Assembly (NCBI GenBank): GCA_050273025.1
Contig: CP158636.1
Location: forward strand, 7,750,001 to 7,814,000
Length of the DNA stretch: 64,000 bases
Direction of reading: 5' to 3'
DNA from: Cenococcum geophilum
Lineage: Eukaryota
Shown in pieces: positions 12,501 through 22,670 of the stretch; position 1 is the stretch's first letter; each line of letters starts with the position of its first letter. The position numbers were made by a program, and so were the translations under genes. The notes beneath the pieces are model-generated. The model saw only the letters and a program-made list of their open reading frames with translations, was not told the DNA's origin and did no database searches.

Positions 12501-14485
12501 GGTAAAGGCACTATTATAGTATAATTTTAAAATTACGTACCGCCTAAGAAAGATAAATCCCGCTAATAGGTTATTAAAACATCTAGATTATAAAATAGAA
12601 AGAATCTAAGATAGCATAAGGGAAATAATCCCTATATTGAAAAATTTGCTTAAAAAGAAAAAAGACTCTTTCCCTAAAACTATAGAATTTTACAGTAAAA
12701 TAGAGGTCCTAGCGATACAGCTATAAAGCGCTATAATTATAAAGCCATAGGATATAGTTATAGATTAGGTTATAGGCTAGGTAGACATTATAAAGTTAGC
12801 ATACCTTAAAATTAGCAAGAATTCTATAGGATATACTAGGGGTATCGCAGCACCTTTAACTTAACGGCGTATTAGCTATAAGTGTCCAGATCTAAGGGGG
12901 ATAGGTAAGATACCTATCCGCAGCGTGGTATATTATATAACGGCAGAAAAATCTACTAGCACTAATGGTTTAAAATATCTCGTGCTACGCCTTATATCCG
13001 TAATAGTAGTAGGTAAAATGGAAGTAAGTGATTTATGCAAAACCTTTTTAGATCTTCTTCTTTAAGTATAATAGAGGGACGCCTTTATTTCTAGGGAGAG
13101 GTAGAAAGATATAGTGGAGATTAACTTAGCTAGAGTTACTAAGAAGCTATAGTAGCAAGACTAAAAGAGTCTATTGCGCTTTAAGGGTGCTATATATATC
13201 CTAAAGGACTAAGCAGTTTAAGACGAAATTCTAAAGGTTTTCTATAACAACCCTTTTAGGGGTTACTACGATGCTAACAGAACCCTTAAAGCCGTTTAAA
13301 GGAAATACTTTTAGAATAGAATATTTAAAGAGGTTAAGGACTATATATTGAGATATAATATATACTAAAGGGTATAGATATCTAGACATTACCTATATAG
13401 TAAGTTATTAGTGCTTCCTATTCCACAGGGACCTATATTAAAATTAATAATAGATTTTATAATAGGCTTACCCCCTACTAAAATAAGAATGGAAGAGGTT
13501 GCTAATGCTATTTTAGTAATCGTCGACAGATATATAAAGTTCTTACGGTACTTTACTGTTATAATAATAATTATAGCAGCAGAGCTGGCAAACCTATTTT
13601 TAAAACAGTAGCTCTTATTTAGCACACTAAGGGGAATTATATCTAATAGAGGTACCATATTTAACAGCGTATTTTAGTCTTTATTCTATTTCTGATTATT
13701 TTTTTTTTTTTTTTTTTATATCCATTGTATTATACTACGTACAATACTGCGCATGCAGCCTCTAGGCTATGGTGCTATAGTTCTATATACATGAATCCTT
13801 CCTAGGCAGCTTAACATGTACTAGTAGCTAAGTGGACACTCCGGCCCGTTTTTAAATACTAGGGGAGTCCTAGCCTATTAGTGTTTTGTCCTAATATTTT
13901 GCTTACTATGGTCCAGTTTACACTAAGAAAATCACACGAAAATCCTGGCTCTTTTATCTATTTCTGCCGTATTCTGCCGTTCCTAGAGTAGAAAAAGCGC
14001 TCTAAAAGGTAGATTTTTAACGTAGTTTTGCATATAAGAATAAGAGAAACCATATAGCTTACTAGCTTAAAAGTAGCTACCAATTACCCCCATACGACTG
14101 TTTAATTCTATACCCTATTCCTTCTCCTTGCTAAAGAAATGGGTAGGGAATTAGTAATTAGTAGGTACTCTCCCCAAAAGTAACCTACTAATCCTAGATT
14201 TACGCTCTAGAAAACGGGTATTTTATAAGGGCGAACCTCGTTACGTAAACCCACTCCCATAGGAAAATTTTCATGAGGTTGTCTTGTATAGGGTATAAAC
14301 ACCAATTCGCCTATACACCTTATATTTAACGTGCTAAAGTAACACGGGCCGGCCCCCTTCCCCTATCCCCTACTATAGCTACCCTAGCAGTGCATCGTCT
14401 GCGGTACGCCTGCGGTGCGCCTGCGGTACGCCTGCGGTCCTCTATAGTTTAATTACCTATAGCGCGACAGCCGTGGACCGGTTGC

Positions 14486-15045
14486 AGTAGAGGTCGTCTG
14501 CTCTGCAGCAGACTGGTTATAGAGGAGGTCGTCTGCCCTGCAGCAGACTGGTTGAGGAGGTCGTCTGCCCTGCGGCAGACGGGTTGTAGAGGAGGTCGTC
14601 TGCCCTGCAGCAGACGGGTTGTAGAGGAGGTCGTCTGCCCTGCAGCAGACGGGTTGTAGAGGAGGTCGTCTGCCCTGCAGCAGACGGGTTGTAGTGGAGG
14701 TCGTCTGCCATGCAGCAGACGGGTTGTAGTGGAGGTCGTCTGCCCTGCAGCAGACGGGTTGTAGTGGAGGTCGTCTGCCCTGCGGCAGACGGGTTGTAGA
14801 GGAGGTCGTCTGCCCTGCGGCAGACGGGTTGTAGAGGAGGTCGTCTGCCCTGCGGCAGACTGGTTGTAGTGGAGGTCGTCTGCCCTGCGGCAGACGGGTT
14901 GTAGAGGAGGTCGTCTGCCCTGCGGCAGACGGGTTGTAGAGGAGGTCGTCTGCCCTGCGGCAGACTGGTTGTAGTGGAGGTCGTCTGCCCTGCGGCAGAC
15001 TGGTTGTAGTGGAGGTCGTCTGCTCTGTGGCAGACCGGTTGTGGT
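14486..15045. repeat. 35-bp VNTR, ~16 units, each with a CGTCTGC/GCAGACG stem
   Basis: Unit tagaggaggtcgtctgccctgc[ag]gcagacgggttg. Confidence 0.95.
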
Positions 15046-15120
15046 GGAATCGTTGGTTGTGGTGGCTAGCGTCGTGGTGACGTGTCTTTAGGGGGTATAC
15101 AACCGGCGGCGCCCTTGCGA

Positions 15121-15355
15121 CGACGGACGGAGGAGCAAAGGGGAGGCGACGGACGGAGGAGCAAAGGGGAGGCGACGGACGGAGGAGCAAAGGGGAGGCG
15201 ACGGACGGAGGAGCAAAGGGGAGGCGACGGACGGAGGAGCAAAGGGGAGGCGACGGACGGAGGAGCAAAGGGGAGGCGACGGACGGAGGAGCAAAGGGGA
15301 GGCGACGGACGGAGGAGCAAAGGGGAGGCGACGGACGGAGGAGCAAAGGGGAGGC
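15121..15355. repeat. 26-bp VNTR, 9 perfect units
   Basis: Unit cgacggacggaggagcaaaggggagg. Confidence 0.97.
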
Positions 15356-18131
15356 CTATTTCTGATTAAAAATATAGTAAAGAATAAGCACCGCCTTTTA
15401 CCCGTAAATAAATAGGCTAACGGAGCGTCTAAATACGTTATTAGAACACTACCTCCGCTGCTATATTAATTATTAACAGGATAATTAGACATTATAGTTA
15501 GCTTTAGCGTAATATATATATAATATAAAGTATCTATAGCAGTACAAAAATAACCCCTTATAAAGTATTGTTTGGGGTAAAAGCAAATAACCCCTAAAAC
15601 GTTAAGGATATTATTCCTAAAAGGGAGGCACTAGTAGCGTCTAAGAGAATTAAGTAAATAAGAATTCGCAGAGAAGAACTTAAAAAGCACTTACTAGACG
15701 CCCAGGCTATATAAAAAAGGTACTATAATAAAAAATATATACTAAAAGAATTTAAGATAGGAGACGAAGTCTTACTATTTATAAAAATTATTTAAATAAA
15801 ACGTATTAAAAAGAAGCTGGATTACTAGTAGCTCGGACCCTTTAAAATAGTTAGGAAAACTAAAGGAAATCAAGCCTATAAATTAGAATTGCCGAAATTA
15901 TACCTAATATATCCTATATTTTATGTTTCCTTACTAAAGCTATATTGGAGAAGAGATAGTGCGGAACTGCTACTACCTAGCAAAATTAATAGGGAACTAG
16001 AATGGAATATAGAAGATATTTTAGACTAAAGATAACGCTAGAAAAAGCGCAAATTTTTAGTTTACTAAAAAGGATACTTTTAGGCGTATAATAGTTAGGA
16101 ACTTAAGAAGCACCTTTAGCCGGGATACAATACGGTAATTAAAACCTTCCTAAGGACTAAAGGTAAAGATTCGGCAACGATTCCAGATATACCATAGATA
16201 AGATAATAGGGAAGACCCTATAAATTAAAACTATAAGGTTAAGCACAGGCATTAAAAATAAAAACGTTTTACTATTATAATAGGGATCCTAGAACCCTAT
16301 AAGGGGAAGCCTATAAAATCTATAGAAGAACTACTAGGGATACTATTTAAAGAAGACGCTGTTTAAGAATAAGTAGTAGCAATATAAGAAAAGGCCTTAG
16401 GGATTTAGAAGGACCCCCTAGGGATAAAAGAAGAGTATCTAGTCTGGCACCAAAGATACGCAGTAGAGTTAATAATACAAAGAGGAGCAAAAGGACAGCC
16501 TATAAAGAATTAAAAAAATTTAAAAATTATAAAGCACCTATAGGAATACTACCCGTTTATTATATATAGGGATTATAGTAGTATACTACCTTTATAAGAA
16601 TTATCACCGAAGCTTAAAATAAAGGCATCCCTAAAGTATAAAGTTAATTCCTAATAATAGGGCATCCTAGAGGCACCTAAGAAGCACTATATAAAGCTAT
16701 TCTATAATAAAAAGGAAAGAGCTAGGTAATAACTTAAATACTAGCAGTAGTAATAGGAGCCTTTTCTTTTATCTTAATGTTATTATTAATAGTATTATCG
16801 GCTCCTCTATCCCTAGAAGTATTAGTACTTCTATTAATATTCTTTTTAGAATAACGGGTACTAAAAGGACTAGCACGGGCAAGAGACTAGCGAAAAGAAC
16901 GTTTATCTTAACCTTTATTACTATCCTTAGTATCCCTAGGTTCCAAATCGGCGTCTAAGCAGGGATTAGAAAGACGTTAGCTAAAGAAGTTAGTATAGTT
17001 TTTAAGCGAGTTACTAGAGAAACTTACCTAGCTAAAGTAGCCCACGTAAGAGTATAAATGTTATTATTAATAAGGATAAGCTGTTTGTATATACGCTCCT
17101 AGACACTATATATCCGAAATTATTGCGTCTCCATAGCAGTGGAAACCCTTATTAAATTAAAGAGTCTGCACTTTCTATCCCCACCTATTACTATTAGAAT
17201 ATTAGCGGAAATCTTAAATAGCGCGTTAGAGCCTATAAGTCTTATACGTATAGATAGCGGGGATCTAGTATAATTAGTAAAATCTAGAATAAGACGGAAT
17301 AGGAAATACTAGGACGTAGGTCTTTCTCCTACTACGGCAATAGGAGTACTTAGATTTATTTTCGCCGAAGTAAGGCATCTTATAGACGTAGGAAGGATCC
17401 TACGTAAAAGCATAAACGTAATAATAATAGCATTTTAGGGAAACTGCTATAAGAGTAATAAACGCTATCTAGGGCGTTACCGGAAGAGGAATGATACTGC
17501 CGCTAGTTTAGGGACGCGTAGAAGGACCACAAGCCATTATAAGAGAATACTCTAAGAAGTTAGCATTATTATAAAAAATAAGGTAGGAATCCTATTACTT
17601 ATAAACGCGTTAAGAAAAGATAACGAGGCAGTAATAGAAGTGCGGCTGGAGATATAGAAGCTAAAAGGCGAAATATAATAAAAATAGCCTATTTAAGAAC
17701 AAGATAAATAGTGTTATTAATAAAAGGACAAGTAAAAGACGACAACTTATAAATAAAAAGAAATTAAAATAAAAGACGTTATTATTAAAACCTATTTTAG
17801 GTAAATAGAGATAGTGGTTAGTTAACGCGTCGTACTAAATAACCTCTAGATCTATTTATAACAAATTCCTAAAATTAAAGAGGTAAATCCCACTAAATTT
17901 TTATTACTATTATTAAAATCCTATTATAAAAGCACTATAAGGAGCTAGGGTAGGAGAAAAGCAGAGAAATAAAAGATAAAGTAAAGATCCGCACTAGTAA
18001 AGAGCTAGCAATAAGCCGCATTATAAAGTACCTTTCTACTAAGGGTTTCCCTAGTGGTTTTAGCTAGAACTCTATAAAGGCTTAGTAGAGGCAAAGTCTT
18101 AAAGGACTAAGACCCTAAAAGAGGAGGTAAT

Positions 18132-18449
18132 TATAACAGAACCCCCTAGGAGGTACATATCCGATAAGACGGTAGGAGGTTTTATCTATATCCTATCTAT
18201 ATTCTAGAAGACACAGTTAGACAGGTTAGGGGCAAAAGGTTTTATTAGCGTCTTAGAAGGAATATATAGGAAGCTAGTTCCCCTCTAGAGAAGAACTAGC
18301 AATTAGTCTCTAAATAGAAGAGGTTAAAAAGCATTTATCCTTTATTTATAAGGATCGTTCTACCTTAACTTATCTTCTACTTACCTATAACTTTTATTCT
18401 ATACTATTAATTAAATAATTATACGTTCCGGTTAGAGTAGCCTCTTACA
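18132..18449 (+). repeat. 3' LTR of Gypsy A
   Basis: tataacagaacccc...cctcttaca, preceded by PPT, followed by TSD. Confidence 0.95.
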
Positions 18450-19445
18450 TTTAAGCTAATATAGAAAGTGCTCTTAAAGGAATATATAAACCTATTTATT
18501 GTCTTTAAGGGGAGCTTTACTTTCTTTTAGATAGTGTACCTAGTAGTAATATATATACTAAACGTATATAGGAATATAACGGCTTACTATATTATTATCT
18601 ACCTCTTATATAAGGGTGCCTGGCCTTTATAGATTATAAATATCTCTTTTTAGAGAGTCTAATATAAGCTACAGTAATTAATTAGCTAGTAGGCTATACG
18701 CCTTAGTCTGCCCTAATAGAAAGACGTTTAAGCTATTACTGGTATAGAAATAGTCCTTTACTAACTAATAGACAAAGTAGACTGTTTACTTACGAAGCGT
18801 TAAGAAGGAACTATAAGAGCTAACTAGATCTTATAAAGCTTATAAGTCGTTACTAAGATCTTTTAAAAGGCTAGTAATGACTTTTATTTCGTAAAGGTGC
18901 AGAGGATAATAGGAGAGCGTAATTGTGCGAAGAGTATATAGGTAGACTTCTACTTCTTCCGGATCTCTACTATACTAAATCTACTCTAATATTCGCTAGT
19001 AGAGAGGCTCTAGTCCTACTAGGAACTTTATATAAACATTTTAGGTTCTTTATAGTATTACTTTTTTTAAGTTTTTTACAAACCAAAGCTACCTATAGAA
19101 AGGTTCTATCTATATACTTAGTAAGATACTCCTTTATAGAACTCTAGAGCTCACTTCTATACTTCTTTTAGGCAGTTAAATTATTAACCTTATAATTAAT
19201 AAATAAAGTAACTGCTTCTAAAACTTGGGATAAGTTTAACTCTAGGCTTATATTATAGCCAAGGTGGCTACATTAGAGATATTTAATAATTTTTATCTCA
19301 TTACGGCTAGTTACTATCTACTTAACTTTGCTTAATAGCCCGGACTAGCTAAGTAGTTTCAGAAAGGTCTTAAGCGATTAGGAATCGTACTTATTAAGAG
19401 TATTAACTATTAAGTAGACTCTTAGAAGACTTAGATCCTATATTA

Positions 19446-20517
19446 TCTTTAAGAGCGTTTTCTAAAGGCCGTAAAGTGTATTAACACTATTAAATAAGCG
19501 ACTACTGGCTTTGTTATACTTTTTCTATAGATAGCTAGTTAACTCCAGGTTTTGTATGGCTAGAAGGTAGATAAGCCCTTAGATAATTATAGCAGCGCTG
19601 CTTAGATCCTAGATTGTGTTTTGGTAAAAGAAGTATAATAAGACCCCTAATCCGGGGCTTAACTAAAGCCGTTATAATATCTTGTCGATAAGAGCTATTA
19701 TTATTATTATCTTACCCTTGCCTAGATTACTATATATCCATAAAATGCGGGACTTATTATTATTCTACTACTATGTAAAGGCTTAATTACGGAGAATCTA
19801 TATACACGAGCCTTTAAGTAAAGGATCTTTATTGCTTAAGATTCGGTCCTTATTCTCTTGCGGGTTAGTTAAACGCTAGGCGCTTAAGCATTAATTACTA
19901 GCATTGCCATCTATAGCTATTATAGGCACTAAAAGTTAACCTTAACGCAATATAGTAGAAGCTAGCTTAACTACTTATAGTACCTAAACTTACGAAGTAT
20001 ATATTACCTCTACTTGTCTTAAAACTATTACTAGCTAGAATATAGCCGCTATAGCTAAGGAATTCGCCGTTAAATATATAATTTTACGGATTACGGTACG
20101 TATCTATAACTTATTATAGAGCCTAACGCTATAACAACCTTATTATAGTGGAGAGGATGCTAGCCAGTATAAAGGAAACGCATAGTAAGTTATAGGTAGA
20201 GTGCTCTTAGCTGCCTTTTCTCTAACGCTGCTTACTACGCCCTACTAAGGACCTATACTCTATTATATTATTAGTGGGTGTATATATATATGCGCGTAGT
20301 TAAGCGATCTCTCTTAACAAACAGCTCTTAGGTAGTAATGCCTACTTATTTTTACTAGAGTTATACTGCTAATAGAGCGCAGATTATTTCCAGTCCCTTA
20401 TAATCGCCCTAAGTTAAGTACTAAGTGGTATAGTACTATAGTATTTTAAGGTTCTTATTCCGTATATCTTATAGGAGCTAGTAGGGAGGGTAGTTAACCC
20501 GCACTGGCCATACCCTT
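19446..20517 (-). repeat. Right 1072-bp inverted arm of unit 2
   Basis: Reverse complement of 6470-7541; ends gcactggccataccctt. Confidence 0.93.
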
Positions 20518-20530
20518 ATTAAGAGGTGTT

Positions 20531-22670
20531 AGGTTATAGGCCCTACGGCAGAGAAAAACACGTAGATTATTTAGGGTGAGATTATACCAATACTTGAGAA
20601 ATAGGAGAGGACTAGTAGAGCTTAATTTAAAGCAAAGAAAACGTTATTTATTTACCTTACTAGATATAAAGAAGCGGGTAGGGATGCCACCACGCCGCTC
20701 CAATTTAAAGGAAAAGGAATCCCCCCAATATAGGAAGTTAAAATCCTTAGGGTAATTCTTAATAAGGAGCTAAGGTTTAAGGCATACCTAGTAAATAAGG
20801 CAGGTAAAGCCACTAAGGTAGCGCTAGCGTTGCGTAGATTAAAGGGACTATAGCCTAAGAGCATTAAATAACTAGCTAAGAGCTTAGTACTACTAGTAGT
20901 AGACTACACGTTGCTAATATAGTACCCGCTTGCGATATAAGAGCTAATATAGCTCCTCTAGTAGGCGTAGAGGATTACAGTATAAGCTATTATTAGGGGG
21001 TTCCGCACCGTCACTCTACTAATAATAGAGGTAGAGGCTAGCTTGCTTCCCCTTAAATAAAGGCTATATAACTAGGCCATCGCGTTTTAGGTGTCAATCT
21101 ATAAACTAGGCAAATTATACCTATATTAGATGATTTGAAGATAGAGGCTCTATAAACGGCATAGGTTGCTACTCTAGAGGATAGTAGAGATATATAAGGA
21201 TATCTAGGTAAATAGGGTGCTAGAGGTTAAACTATATACTTACCTACCGTAGGTGGCTAAACCTAACGTAGTAATATATAAGGACGAAGAATATACTTAA
21301 GCTATTATTAAATATTATAAGCTAGGACAGGTTAACATATACGTTAATATATTGGTGCGTAATAGTAGGGCAGGAATCGGCGTATATACTAAGCCATTTA
21401 AAGTAACGCTTTTAAAAACGGTAGCAAGCTCTAATTAGGCCGACGCCTACCTTATAAAGCTTTTAGCAATTAGCAAGGCAGCTAACTAGCTATAGAACCC
21501 TATGTGTACGGCTGTTAACTAAGCAGGTTTTCTAATACCTACCTTTAGTATAAGAATATTCTCTAACTCGCAATTAGCGTTACTATTAGTATAGAGCTAG
21601 AGGGCTAGAGCCTGCTAAAAAAATAGTTACAGAGATCTTAAAGAAGCTTTAGCTAAATAATATTACGCTATACTAGATTCTAGGCCACTTAGGATTTATA
21701 GGAAATAAAAAGGCTAATAAGCTTACTAAAGTAGCAATAAGACTAGAGAGCGAGGAGCTACTATAGAAAGACGGCCTTCTATAGTACCTTATAACGCAAG
21801 CGTTAAAAAAAGCTAAGATAATAATAGGACTGCTTTTATTGGGAAAATCTAATACGGGCAAGTTTATAAGGAAGATTGACGTAGCACTCTACCTTAGAAA
21901 GGCTATAGTATTATACTAGCAGCTAATTAGCTTTAAAGCTATTATCCTTATATAGCTATAAACCAGTAAGTTATTTCTAAAGGAATACCTCCACAAAATT
22001 AATATATTAAAGACGGCGTTATATAACTATAGGCTTATAGAATTAATATAGCACTTCCTCTTCTTTTATAGGAAGTGGGTATAGTAAAGGAGTAAACTAA
22101 GAGAGTAGTATAGAAATCGATTTAGGGATCTATTATATGCATTAAGAGGCTACTTACGTAAACAAAAAGGAGGTAGGAATATTAATAGCCTAATTAAGCG
22201 CTGGAAGCTAGGCATTAGCGTAGTTAAAGCTATAATAGAATTTATAAAGAAGACCGGACGTTTATACCTAAGCGTATAAGATATATAGAGTATAAAAGCC
22301 GGTATTAATAAGCAAAGACTCTTAAGAATTCCTTCTTAAAGCATTTAACCAAATATACCGCAAGCCTCCTCTACACGTACCTCTACTAGTGCGTCGCTAA
22401 TTAAGAAGCGTATAACGCTAGAATAGCCCTATAAACATAAGGCGTCGAAAACTACTTACTTAGGCTTACCTCTAAACTCTAACTCTTCTCTAATAGTAAT
22501 ACATTACTTTCCTTTATTTCCTTAGTTAAATATAGTATTAAGTAATAGATATATATAGTTCTTATGGTTAGCTTCTAAACTAGAGCAAGCATATTAATAG
22601 TAGGAAGTATTTAGTTAGCGCTCTATAATGGCCTATACCCTAAATAGTATATAGCTATAATAGAATATAT
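20531..22670 (+). mobile_element. 5'-truncated Tad1-like LINE, copy 1 (RT C-terminus, RNase H, Cys/His knuckle, 3' UTR, (TA/CATA)n tail)
   Basis: KILRVILNKELRFKAY (RT end), IYVNILVRNSRAGIGV (=RNase H IYVDASV), HFLFF knuckle; near-identical to 27509-29310. Confidence 0.88.

Larger units (their letters stand above)
13699..15355 (-). mobile_element. Non-autonomous composite retroposon (SINE/SVA-like) inserted in the Gypsy A integrase
   Basis: 13-bp TSD ctatttctgatta (13686-13698, 15356-15368); polyT on + strand from 13699; 13717-13830 matches the LINE 3' end at ~41048-41160; two VNTRs at its 5' end. Confidence 0.9.
9186..18449 (+). mobile_element. Full-length Ty3/Gypsy chromovirus A (RIP'd): gag with CCHC, PR, RT, RNase H, IN, chromodomain, ~1.9-kb 3' extension
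   Basis: 318-bp LTRs 9186-9503 and 18132-18449; TSD TTTAA (9181-9185, 18450-18454); PPT aaaagaggagg; LIDSGA protease (~10747), VYLNNII (=YLDDI, ~11766), integrase ~13400-15480, chromodomain ~16000-16120. Confidence 0.95.
8170..20107 (-). pseudogene. NLR2: RIP-inactivated NACHT-WD40 receptor with short G/N/F-rich N-terminus, split by a Gypsy insertion
   Basis: Start ATA<ATG at 20107; P-loop GDPGKGKT (de-RIP, ~19705-19735); NACHT continues 18455-19700 and 8850-9185; WD40 repeats 8395-8850; C-terminal ...LILGHLLGGVLFFKFK* ending 8170. Confidence 0.9.

Noticed and set aside
14486..15045. CRISPR-like array (35-bp palindromic repeats)
   Set aside because: Units are contiguous with no unique spacers, there are no cas genes, and the context is eukaryotic; it is a VNTR.
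14453..15369. 297-aa and overlapping ORFs in the track
   Set aside because: Products of stop-free tandem repeats whose unit lengths (26, 35) are not multiples of 3.
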